Assembly (NCBI GenBank): GCA_964356285.1
Contig: CAYHGI010000002.1
Coordinates: forward strand, 1 to 51,514
From: an uncultured Candidatus Saccharibacteria bacterium
GTDB taxonomy: Bacteria; Patescibacteriota; Minisyncoccia; Phycocordibacterales; UBA9973
Reading direction: 5' to 3'
DNA length: 51,514 bases
Shown here: piece by piece, positions 37,085 through 46,500 of the stretch
How the letters are laid out: each line of letters begins with the position of its first letter
Numbering within the stretch: the stretch's first letter is position 1
Notes under the pieces: model-generated
Told to the model about the DNA's origin: nothing
Databases searched by the model: none
The model's input: the letters and a program-made list of their open reading frames with translations, nothing else
Program-made: the position numbers and the translations under genes

Positions 37085-38335
37085 ATGAGAATTGGATCTA
37101 AAATAAGTTTATATACGGTGACTCTTTTGTTTCTTACGGTGTCACTTATTTATATTTTTCCGAATCAGTTAAAGTTCACTCTGTCAACAATTAAAGATGT
37201 TGGCAGTCAGCTTGCTTCCGTCATTCTGAGTCATAATTTTAAGACAGTTGCTCAAATTAAAAAAAACTATGAATTGGCGCTTCTTGATCCTACAAAGAAA
37301 GTTCGGATTCTCCTTGTACCGGGACATAACCCGGGTTATGGTGGAGCGGAATTCAAAAACGTCAAAGAACGTAATCTTACCGTAGAACTGGCGGAAGAGC
37401 TAAAGCAATTTTTTCAAAACGATGAACGTTACGATGTCCTTATTACAAGGAATAATATTGCTTGGCTACCTGAATTCGAAACATATTTCAAAGATCATAG
37501 AAATGAGATTAAGGAATGGAAAAAAGCTTCTCGGGAGGAATTTTCCTCTCTTGTGAATATCGGATCTGTTATCAGCTTTTCACCTACAGTATTCCACAAT
37601 AATGCTTCTTCCGAGGGGGCAGTCCAGCTGTACGGAATTACTAAATGGTCTAATGAAAATGACATAGATATTATTGTCCACATACATTTTAACGACAATC
37701 CTCGAACAAGGCCGAGTCTTCCAGGGGTCAATTCCGGATTCACGATCTATGTTCCAGCTGAACAGTATGGAAATAGCGTATCAACAAAGACTATTGCCAA
37801 TAATATTTTTAAACGTCTTGAGAAATATAATCCAGTAAGTAGTTTACCAGGGGAATCGGCCGGAATCGTTGATGAACTTGCGCTCATAGCCATCGGATCA
37901 AACAACACTTCGGATGCGGTCAGCATGCTTATAGAATACAGTTATATTTATGAACCGTGGCTACAAAATTCAGATGTCAAAAGTCTCATTATAAGAGAGA
38001 TGGCCTACGAAACATATCTAGGTTTTCAGGATTTTTTTAATCCGGCAGTAAGTTCAAACCAACAAAATGACACACTGGTGTTGCCTCATCTATGGGATAA
38101 AAATCTAACAGAGACAACCATAAGTTCTGCAGATGTATTTGCCCTGCAAACCGCTTTAATGATAGAGAGAGTATATCCGCCGCCGGGAAAGAGCAAAAAT
38201 GATTGTCCTCGGGATGGAAAAATTGGTCCCTGCACCCGCAGCGCCCTGCGAGCCTTTCAAGATAAGTATAAAATTCAAGAAGAACAAGGGAGGATAGGGA
38301 GTGAAACTCGCAGAATATTAAGTAAGAATTACTGA
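37085..38335 (+). CDS. N-acetylmuramoyl-L-alanine amidase (Amidase_3-like) with a C-terminal PG-binding-like domain
   Basis: N-terminal TM helix. 'LLVPGHNPGYGGAEF...ERNLT' and 'IIVHIHFND'. C-terminal 'CTRSALRAFQDKY'. Confidence 0.7.
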   Translation: MRIGSKISLYTVTLLFLTVSLIYIFPNQLKFTLSTIKDVGSQLASVILSHNFKTVAQIKKNYELALLDPTKKVRILLVPGHNPGYGGAEFKNVKERNLTVELAEELKQFFQNDERYDVLITRNNIAWLPEFETYFKDHRNEIKEWKKASREEFSSLVNIGSVISFSPTVFHNNASSEGAVQLYGITKWSNENDIDIIVHIHFNDNPRTRPSLPGVNSGFTIYVPAEQYGNSVSTKTIANNIFKRLEKYNPVSSLPGESAGIVDELALIAIGSNNTSDAVSMLIEYSYIYEPWLQNSDVKSLIIREMAYETYLGFQDFFNPAVSSNQQNDTLVLPHLWDKNLTETTISSADVFALQTALMIERVYPPPGKSKNDCPRDGKIGPCTRSALRAFQDKYKIQEEQGRIGSETRRILSKNY

Positions 38336-38338
38336 CTT

Positions 38339-39340
38339 TTATATTTTCCTTGCTTTATAATCTTCTGGCGCATTTTTAAGATATTCTTCAAGTTTTTCAC
38401 GTGTAAGGAGCCCTTTTTGCGCTCCAATTTCTTGAACTACGGACATGGCATTAATCGGTCCCCAAGCGAATGCCTCAAGGGGAGAAAGTCCTAGAGCAAG
38501 CGCGCAAGTGATGGTCGAAGAAAAAGCGTCTCCGGCGCCCGTGCGGTCGAGCGGCGGAGCTATGTCCGGATACATAGATATATGCCACAATTGTCCATCG
38601 GAAAATAGATAGGATCCCTTTGGTCCATTGCTGATGGTCACTATTTTAGGACCTAGGGCTTGTATTCCTTTAGCTAACGTCAAAATATCTTTACTTTTAA
38701 TATTTAAAATTATTTCGGCTTCTTCCACATTGCAGAAAAATATCTCGGCGCGGGCATAAATTTCTTTTAATTTTTCTGCGCCCAGTTTAATTTGAAAAGT
38801 CCCCGGTTGAAAAGCGAGCTTTGTTTCCGGATTATTTTTTAAGTGCTCTGCTATCTCCGAATGGTAAGAAAGAGAATTATTCGCCAATGAACTTAAATAT
38901 ATCCAAGGCACTTTTCCAAATTTTGGAAGTTTGTAGCTAAACTCAGTGTGTTTGATTAAAATCGTGCGGTCCTCATCGTACCAGAGGACGTAATGATAAT
39001 TTGTCGGTTTGTTTTTTTCTGTGGTCACATAATCAGTGAGCACTCTGTCTTTTTTCAGGCTTTGCAGACAGTCTTTGCCATGTTTGTCGTCTCCAATATT
39101 AGTGACAAGAGCGGAACGCAATCCGAGTTTAGCGGAGCAGACAGCCGCATTCGGACTGTTTCCCACGGCCGGCACCACGGTGACTGATTCATAAGGAACT
39201 TTATCTCCAAAACGCAGACAAAGTTCGCAAGCGTCAGAATCTATTTTACAATGTATGTGCGCGTCTTTTAATCTTATAAACGCGTCAATGACAATATCCC
39301 CAATGGCCAGAAAATCTATTTTTTTCTCTTGCTCACTCAT
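38339..39340 (-). CDS. PfkB family carbohydrate kinase
   Basis: 'DRTGAGDAFSS' motif. 333 aa. Confidence 0.8.
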   Translation of the reverse strand: MSEQEKKIDFLAIGDIVIDAFIRLKDAHIHCKIDSDACELCLRFGDKVPYESVTVVPAVGNSPNAAVCSAKLGLRSALVTNIGDDKHGKDCLQSLKKDRVLTDYVTTEKNKPTNYHYVLWYDEDRTILIKHTEFSYKLPKFGKVPWIYLSSLANNSLSYHSEIAEHLKNNPETKLAFQPGTFQIKLGAEKLKEIYARAEIFFCNVEEAEIILNIKSKDILTLAKGIQALGPKIVTISNGPKGSYLFSDGQLWHISMYPDIAPPLDRTGAGDAFSSTITCALALGLSPLEAFAWGPINAMSVVQEIGAQKGLLTREKLEEYLKNAPEDYKARKI

Positions 39341-39362
39341 GATACTATTATAACATGTATTT

Positions 39363-40841
39363 ATGTATAAAAAAGTAATTTTATTTTTTATAGGAATTAT
39401 TTTCTTTTTCGGGTTTAATTTAACGTATGCAAATTTGATTTTTACAGAGGTTATGTATTATCCATCTGATAGTGATACGACAGGAGAATGGGTAGAACTT
39501 TATAATAATGGTGGTAATAACATACTTATTAAATCAGACAAAGATTCTTATGGAACTAGTGCTTGGCGGTTTAAGAAAGGATTAACAACAGAGTATTACA
39601 TAAATAGTCCAGATTTTACGATAGGCGCCGGTGAATATGTTGTTTTGGCGGACAATTCTTCTTTGTTTGTTAATGTTTTATATAAAGTGATAGATTCTTC
39701 CGTTAGTTTAAGCAATACTAATGCCACGGATTTAGCAATTTTAGATGAAGCCAAAGCATCAGTAGCCACTTTGCAATATACTCCATCTGCTGATTCTCAA
39801 GATACGGGCAAATCTTTGCAACTCATAAATGGTTCTTTGGTTGCCGCCGCGCCGACGCCCGGGAAAGCGAATGGGAATGCAGTTTCTTCGCCTTCTGCTG
39901 ACGGAATTATCGGAGGCATAAGCGGGGGAGGCAGCGGTTCAAGCGTAGTTTTAGAAACAATCTCGAAAGCGCCAGAACCAAAAATCAGAACAAAAGTTAC
40001 AGCTCAAACGCTTGTTTTTGCAGGAATTCCAGTTGAGTTTCAGGCGAGCACCACGGGATATTCTAATGAACCGCTTTTTTCCGGCAAGTATTTTTGGAAT
40101 TTTGGCGATGGCGATTCAAGGGAAATAAAGATGAGCGATAATCAAAAATTTACCCACACCTATTTTTATCCCGGTGAATACAATGTTAACTTGGAATATT
40201 ATCTGAATTATTATTCTAATATTCCAGACGCAACAGATAAAATTATCATCAAAGTGGTGACAACCGATATCTTCATATCTAGAATAGGGGATGAAAAAGA
40301 CTTTTTCATAGAATTGTCCAACAATACTAATTATGACGCTGATATTTCAAACTGGGCTCTTTCAAGCGGTCTAAAAAATTTCACTTTTCCAAAGAATACC
40401 ATTATAAGCCCTAAAAAGAAAACGATTATTTCTCCCAATCTCACTCATTTTTCTATTCTGGATAAAGACACTTTGAAATTACTGACTCCGCAAGGAAAAA
40501 TAGTGTTTGACTACGGCGCTTCCATTATTCCTAAAATTCCGGCCAAAACTGCGGCAAAAAACACAACACCAGCGCTGGCGCCGATAACAAAATTGAACCT
40601 CACTCCAGAAATGCCGTTGGCACTACCAGCTGAAAATTCAGAAATTATGTTAGGGGATAATTTAGGCGCGCAGGCTTCGGCTGCGTCCAATGATCTGGTA
40701 AAAAACAGTTCCTTCCGCGCATACATTTTGACTATGATTTTAACCGTTTTAATCGGGGCCTCCGCCGGCGCGGTCTATTTTATTCGTCAAAAGAAAGGTA
40801 TTTTGAAAGCCAAAGATGATTTCAAGATACTGGATGAGTAA
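39363..40841 (+). CDS. secreted/anchored protein with lamin-tail domains and a PKD-like domain
   Basis: Signal/TM at the N-terminus. 'IFTEVMYYPSDSDTTGEWVELYNNG' is lamin-tail-like and 'FWNFGDGDS' is PKD-like. C-terminal TM anchor. Confidence 0.7.
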   Translation: MYKKVILFFIGIIFFFGFNLTYANLIFTEVMYYPSDSDTTGEWVELYNNGGNNILIKSDKDSYGTSAWRFKKGLTTEYYINSPDFTIGAGEYVVLADNSSLFVNVLYKVIDSSVSLSNTNATDLAILDEAKASVATLQYTPSADSQDTGKSLQLINGSLVAAAPTPGKANGNAVSSPSADGIIGGISGGGSGSSVVLETISKAPEPKIRTKVTAQTLVFAGIPVEFQASTTGYSNEPLFSGKYFWNFGDGDSREIKMSDNQKFTHTYFYPGEYNVNLEYYLNYYSNIPDATDKIIIKVVTTDIFISRIGDEKDFFIELSNNTNYDADISNWALSSGLKNFTFPKNTIISPKKKTIISPNLTHFSILDKDTLKLLTPQGKIVFDYGASIIPKIPAKTAAKNTTPALAPITKLNLTPEMPLALPAENSEIMLGDNLGAQASAASNDLVKNSSFRAYILTMILTVLIGASAGAVYFIRQKKGILKAKDDFKILDE

Positions 40842-40846
40842 ATCTA

Positions 40847-40855
40847 TGCTATATT
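40847..40855 (+). promoter_or_regulatory. extended -10 (TGcTATATT) 6 nt before the ychF ATG
   Basis: TATATT at 40850-40855, ATG at 40862. Confidence 0.4.
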
Positions 40856-40861
40856 ATTTTA

Positions 40862-41677
40862 ATGTTAAAAATCGGAATTGTCGGTCTGCCAAATGTCGGT
40901 AAATCAACGCTTTTTAACGCGCTAACCAAACAGAGCGTGCCGGCGGAAAATTATCCTTTTTGCACCATTGATCCATCGGTGGGCATTGTGCCCGTGCCGG
41001 ATCCGCGCCTCGCCAAGCTCTCCGAAATCAGTAAGTCTAAAAAAACCATACCGGCTATAGTTGAGTTTGTAGATATTGCGGGATTGGTCAAAGGAGCGAG
41101 TACAGGGGCCGGACTGGGAAATAAATTCTTGTCTCATATTCGCGAAGTGGACGCTATTCTTGAAGTGGTGCGTATTTTTGAAGACAAACAGATGATTCAT
41201 GTGCATGACAAAATAGATCCCCTTTTTGATATTGAAGTTATAAACATGGAACTTGCACTTGGGAATATAAAAAAGCCGACTTTGTATGTTTTAAATACTT
41301 CCGAGGCTGCCGAAAATGTTAAAAAAGATTTTATTTCTAAACTGCCTGGACCACATATTGCAGTTGATCCCATTTTTGGGACCGGCTTGGATAATCTGAT
41401 TAAGGCTAGCTATGATTTGCTGAATTTAATCACTTTTTTTACTACCGGTGAAGATGAGTCAAGAGCGTGGACGACGCGTCGGGACTCCACGGCACCAGTT
41501 GCAGGACGCGCTATCCATAACGATTTCAAAGAAAAATTTATTCGCGCGGAAGTGATTGCTTGGGACAAGCTTCTGGAAGCCGGTTCCTACGGCAGAGCCA
41601 GAGAAAGGGGCTGGGTGCGAACGGAAGGCAAGGAATATATTGTGAAAGATGGAGATGTTGTAGAATTTTTAATATGA
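40862..41677 (+). CDS. ychF: YchF-type GTPase/ATPase, compact form
   Basis: 'GIVGLPNVGKSTLFNALT', 'FCTIDP' and a C-terminal TGS-like 'GKEYIVKDGDVVEF'. 271 aa; my recollection is ~360 aa for canonical YchF. Confidence 0.85.
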   Translation: MLKIGIVGLPNVGKSTLFNALTKQSVPAENYPFCTIDPSVGIVPVPDPRLAKLSEISKSKKTIPAIVEFVDIAGLVKGASTGAGLGNKFLSHIREVDAILEVVRIFEDKQMIHVHDKIDPLFDIEVINMELALGNIKKPTLYVLNTSEAAENVKKDFISKLPGPHIAVDPIFGTGLDNLIKASYDLLNLITFFTTGEDESRAWTTRRDSTAPVAGRAIHNDFKEKFIRAEVIAWDKLLEAGSYGRARERGWVRTEGKEYIVKDGDVVEFLI

Positions 41678-42570
41678 TTAAAATTTTTTTTACGAAAGAT
41701 TGGGTGGATTATGAGCTTCTGGATACAGGCGAAGGGGAGAAGCTCGAGCGGTTCGGGCCATACACTTTTGTTCGGCCATATGAAGATGCTGTATGGAAAA
41801 AAATGTTGCCGGAAAGCGAGTGGGAAAAAGCCGACGGCAAATTTTGGAGTTCTAAGGTGGGTTCAAAAGCAGGCTGGAAAATGAAACATGAGCAAGGACT
41901 ACCCTTGCTCAAAAAATGGGAGATGCAGTATAAAGGCATCAAGTTTTTTGCTTCTCCGACCCCTTTTCGCCACCTTTCATTTTTCCCTGAGCAAGCGAGC
42001 CACTGGGACTTTATCGAGACCCAAATCAAGAAAGCTTATCGAAAGGACCGTCCTTTGCAATTCTTAAATCTTTTTGGCTATACCGGAGTGGCTAGCCTTT
42101 TTGCTTTGCGCGCTGGCGCCGAAGTTACGCATCTGGATGCTTCCAAACAAACTCTTGCTTGGGCAAAAGAAAATCAAAAACTAAATGCTGAGCTAGCTGA
42201 AGCACCGATGCGCGTGATTGAAGATGATGCTCTAAAATTTTTGGAACGGGAAGCCAAGAGAGGAAATAAATATGACGCTATTATTATGGACCCGCCGAAA
42301 TTCGGCCGGGGACCAAGGGGGGAGGTTTGGAAGATTGAAGAAATGCTGCCGAAACTTCTTGCTTGCGTGCGGAAAGTTTTAAGCGATAAACCACTTTTTG
42401 TTATTTTGACTTCATATAGCATAGACTCTTCCTCGCTTTCTTTGGGCTATGCGCTTGAAGAGATGATGAAAGACTTTAGTGGTAATACTGAAGCTGGAGA
42501 GTTGTGCGCATTAGAAAAGTCCAATAGTCGTGTTATTCCACTTGCCAACACGGCCGTTTGGAGTATATAA
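41674..42570 (+). CDS. class I SAM-dependent (rRNA large-subunit type) methyltransferase
   Basis: 'LNLFGYTGVASLFA' and 'YDAIIMDPPKFGRG'. The ATG overlaps the ychF stop (ATGA). Confidence 0.75.
   Translation: MIKIFFTKDWVDYELLDTGEGEKLERFGPYTFVRPYEDAVWKKMLPESEWEKADGKFWSSKVGSKAGWKMKHEQGLPLLKKWEMQYKGIKFFASPTPFRHLSFFPEQASHWDFIETQIKKAYRKDRPLQFLNLFGYTGVASLFALRAGAEVTHLDASKQTLAWAKENQKLNAELAEAPMRVIEDDALKFLEREAKRGNKYDAIIMDPPKFGRGPRGEVWKIEEMLPKLLACVRKVLSDKPLFVILTSYSIDSSSLSLGYALEEMMKDFSGNTEAGELCALEKSNSRVIPLANTAVWSI
41890..41910. repeat. 21-nt perfect palindrome (reverse-complement orientation) in-frame inside the methyltransferase CDS
   Basis: GAGCAAGGACTACCCTTGCTC encodes 'EQGLPLL'. Confidence 0.9.
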
Positions 42571-42577
42571 TAAATGT

Positions 42578-43507
42578 ATGGAAACACAAACAAATAAAAC
42601 AGGCGGCGCGAAAGATTTTTTTATAAATTTAGGCGCGATTGTCGGACTTTATACGTTGGTGGTGAGTTTAATTAATTTGCTTTTTACTGTTATAAACAAG
42701 GCTTATCCTCAAATTATGAACGGATACAACTATTTTGGAAGTAGCTCTATCAGCTGGCCTGTTGCCACCCTGATTATCTTCTTTCCAATTTTTATATTTC
42801 TGATGTGGCTGATGGAAAAAGAATACATAAGAGAACCAGAAATGAAAAACCATGGTATCCATAAATGGCTGACATACATAACTTTGTTTATCGCTGGCCT
42901 TGTTATCGCGGGGGATTTGATAACAGTTCTTTACTATTTTATTGATGGACAAGAATTAACCGCTGCTTTTCTTTTAAAAGTTCTAGTTTTACTTGTTGTT
43001 GTTTCTAGCGTATTTATTTATTTTGTTTCTGATCTCAGAAATAAATTGACAACAAAATCCAGAATATTTTGGAGAATTTACATGGGAGTTATTATTTTAG
43101 GATCTATCATTTGGGGATTTTCTGTCCTCGGTTCGCCTCAAACCCAAAGGTTGTATAAATATGATGAACAGAAAGTTAATGATTTAATGAATCTGAATAA
43201 TGAAGTTATAAATTTTTACTCAAATAAAGGAACCTTGCCGAAAACTATGGAAGAAATGGCTAGTGGAAATTATTATGTTGCTCCAGTGGATCCTCAAACA
43301 CAAAAACCATATGAGTATGAAAAGACAAATAACACAACATACAATCTTTGCGCAGAATTCAACAAAGCGTCAGATGGAACTGATGACTCAACCAGGCCAG
43401 TTTCTCCTTATGAATATACAACCTGGACCCATCCAGCTGGTAGATATTGTTTCTCGCAAACTATAAATCCAAATTTATACTCTAAACCGGCACCAATGAT
43501 AAGATAA
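42578..43507 (+). CDS. polytopic membrane protein (DUF5671-like N-terminal region)
   Basis: Start set to the ATG at 42578 (METQTNKTGGAKDFFINLGA...). Several TM helices. Soluble C-terminal domain. Confidence 0.6.
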   Translation: METQTNKTGGAKDFFINLGAIVGLYTLVVSLINLLFTVINKAYPQIMNGYNYFGSSSISWPVATLIIFFPIFIFLMWLMEKEYIREPEMKNHGIHKWLTYITLFIAGLVIAGDLITVLYYFIDGQELTAAFLLKVLVLLVVVSSVFIYFVSDLRNKLTTKSRIFWRIYMGVIILGSIIWGFSVLGSPQTQRLYKYDEQKVNDLMNLNNEVINFYSNKGTLPKTMEEMASGNYYVAPVDPQTQKPYEYEKTNNTTYNLCAEFNKASDGTDDSTRPVSPYEYTTWTHPAGRYCFSQTINPNLYSKPAPMIR

Positions 43508-43539
43508 ATGTCAAAGATGCCCTTTGATAAACAAAGAAT

Positions 43540-43567
43540 CACTTTGCATAAAAGTGTTTTTTTGTTT
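43540..43567 (+). terminator. weak intrinsic terminator
   Basis: CACTTT-GCATA-AAAGTG followed by TTTTTTTGTTT. Overlaps the -35 of the leuS promoter. Confidence 0.35.
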
Positions 43568-43572
43568 ATTAT
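43544..43572 (+). promoter_or_regulatory. promoter TTGCAT-17-TATTAT, 8 nt before the leuS ATG
   Basis: -35 at 43544-43549, -10 at 43567-43572, ATG at 43581. Confidence 0.45.
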
Positions 43573-43580
43573 GTCAATAT

Positions 43581-46500
43581 ATGCGAGAATACGACCATAA
43601 AAAAATTGAGAAAAAATGGCAGAATGAATGGAAGAAAAAAGGAACTTATCACGCAAAAAATTTCTCCAAAAAATCGAAATTTTACAGTTTGATCGAGTTT
43701 CCGTATCCTTCCGGTGACGGATTGCATGTCGGGCATATTCGCAGCAACACAGCGATGGATATAATTTCACGAAAACGAAGAATGGAAGGTTTTAATGTCC
43801 TCTATCCGATCGGCTGGGATGCTTTTGGTCTGCCGACGGAAAATTACGCCATCAAGACGGGTATCCATCCGATAAAAGTGACCAAAGATAATACCGACAT
43901 TTTTAGACGCCAGCTCAAAGCGATGGGTTTTTCTTTTGATTGGTCGCGGGAGATAAACACAACTGATCCGAAGTATTATAAGTGGACCCAGTGGATATTT
44001 TTGCAGTTTTTGAAAAAAGGCTTAGCTTATAAGGCTAAAATGACAATAAATTGGTGTCCAAAAGACAAGATCGGTCTGGCTAATGAAGAAGTAATTGATG
44101 GGAAATGCGAAAGATGCGGTACGGCAGTGGAAAAAAGAGAGAAAGAGCAATGGATGTTAGCCATCACTAAATATGCCGACAGGCTGTACAAAGATCTCGA
44201 CGATGTAGACTATCTGCCGCAGATAAAACTCGGGCAAAGGAATTGGATAGGAAAGAGCGAAGGAGCTCTAATAAATTTTCAATTATCAATTTCTAATTTT
44301 CAAAAAAATAAAATAGTTTCCGCTAGGAAAGTCCTAGCGGAGTATGTGGAGGTATTTACTACCCGTCCGGATACGATTTTCGGGGTAACTTTTCTTGCTG
44401 TTGCTCCTCTCGTTGCTAAAAAATTAACGGGCAAAGATTTCGGCATAAAAGTAGATATTGATCGAGAAAATAAAGAAAAAGTGGGTATAGATACCGGACT
44501 AAAAGCAAAAAATCCGGCAAACGGGGAGATGGTGCCTGTATTTGTGGTTAATTATGTATCTGCAGAATATGGCACCGGCGCAATTATGGGTGTGCCAGCG
44601 CATGACGAGCGGGATTTTGAGTTTGCTAAGAAATATGGGCTAGAAATAAAAAATGTTATTGAACCGGTATTTACTGATGAACCAAAAGCCGGAATACCTT
44701 TTATAGACAGGAATGCGATACATGCAATTTTGAAGCATTGGTCGGAAGAAAAGTATTTAGTCCTGCTTTGGAAAAAAGTTGACTGGGTTACATTTGTAAC
44801 AGGTGGGGTAGAAAGAGGAGAAAATCCATTACAGGCTGCCATAAGAGAAATTAAGGAAGAAACAGGATATTTAAACCTGAAGTTAAAAAAAGAATTGCCT
44901 GCATCTCATAGTAAATTTTATCATATTCCCAAAAAAGAGAATCGATTTGCTCATTTTTCCAATTTTTATTTCGAATTAGAAAACGGGCAACAAGAAGAAT
45001 TATCAGAAGATGAAAAAAGCAATCATGAATTAAAATGGGTTTCTCCGGATGAACTTGAAAAAATTATGAAAATTAAAGGGGCACTTCGGGACTGGAAAGT
45101 TTTAAGGGGTAAAGAAGAGGTTTATATAGGTGAAGGACTTTTAACTAATTCAAGCCAATTCGACGGTATGGATTCGGAAAAAGCTAAAAAAGAAATCACA
45201 AAGTTTGTCGGCGGAAAGGAAAAAGTAACTTTCAAGCTCCGTGACTGGATATTTTCCAGGCAGAGATATTGGGGCGAGCCGATACCAGTCGTGTATTGTC
45301 TGAGCAAGGGTAGTCCTTGCTCAAATACATGGGTGCCGGTGCCGGAAAAAGATTTGCCGGTGGAATTGCCCAAAGTTAAAAATTACCAGCCGACGGAAAG
45401 TGGGGAATCGCCACTGGCTAATATCTCAAAGTGGGTCAATGTTAAATGTCCGAAATGCAAAGGGCCAGCTAAAAGGGAAACTGATACCATGCCGAATTGG
45501 GCTGGCTCTAGTTGGTATTATCTGCGTTACACTGATCCTAAAAATAGTAAGGAGTTTGCCAGCAAGAAAAATTTGAAGTACTGGCTGACCTCACCCCGTC
45601 CCTCTCCCAAGGAGAGGGCTCCTTCCCTTTTGGGGAAGGCGGAGGAAGAGATGGGTGGGGTCGACTGGTACAACGGAGGCAATGAGCACACCACCTTGCA
45701 TCTTTTATATTCTCGTTTCTGGCATAAATTTTTATATGATTTGAAATTAGTACCGACTTCAGAGCCATATATGAAGCGCACTTCGCATGGGATGATTTTG
45801 GGCGAAGGAGGAGTCAAAATGTCAAAATCGCTTGGCAATGTTATTAATCCAGACGATATTGTGAAAACATACGGCGCAGACACACTTCGTATTTATGAAA
45901 TGTTTATGGGGCCCTTTGACCAATCTGTCGCTTGGTCCACAGAAAGTATTATTGGGGCGAGGAGGTTTATTGAACGTGTCTGGAATCTACAATATAAAAT
46001 CTCACCCCAGCCCTCTCCTTTCAAGAGAGAGGGAAGCCCTTTCTCCTTTCAGGGGAAGGCGGGGGATGAGGTTGAGAGGTTGATGCACCAAACGATAAAA
46101 AAAGCAACAGAGGACATTGAGGCGATGAAATTCAACACAGCCATTTCGACACTTATGATTTTTGTGAATGAAGTTGGTAAGCTTGATTCTATCTCACGAG
46201 ATGTTTATAAAAAATTCCTCAAACTTCTCTCGCCCTTTGCGCCACATATCGCGGAAGAATTATGGCAAAATTTAACCTCACCCCGACCCTCTCCAAAAGA
46301 GAGGGGGAAATTCAAGGTCTTCCCCTTTGGGGGAGGAGCGGAGGAAGTGAGAAGCATTCATCTTTCCAATTGGCCGAAGTGGGACGAAAGCCTGATTCAA
46401 GATGAAGAAATAAAAATTGCGGTGCAGGTAAACGGCAAAGTAAGGACGGAAATAATTATCCAGACAGACGAGCAGGAAGAAATTGTCAAACAAAAAGCTT

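Noticed and set aside
43524-43580. N-terminal extensions of track ORFs. Examples: leuS from 43524, dnaE to 31192, hisS to 26477, pth from 27067, tkt-N from 35158, tkt-C from 35969, methyltransferase from 41560, 14674..15258.
   Set aside because: The extensions overlap upstream genes or promoters and lack protein-like sequence. Conserved N-termini begin at internal ATGs, several of which sit 6-8 nt downstream of a -10 box.
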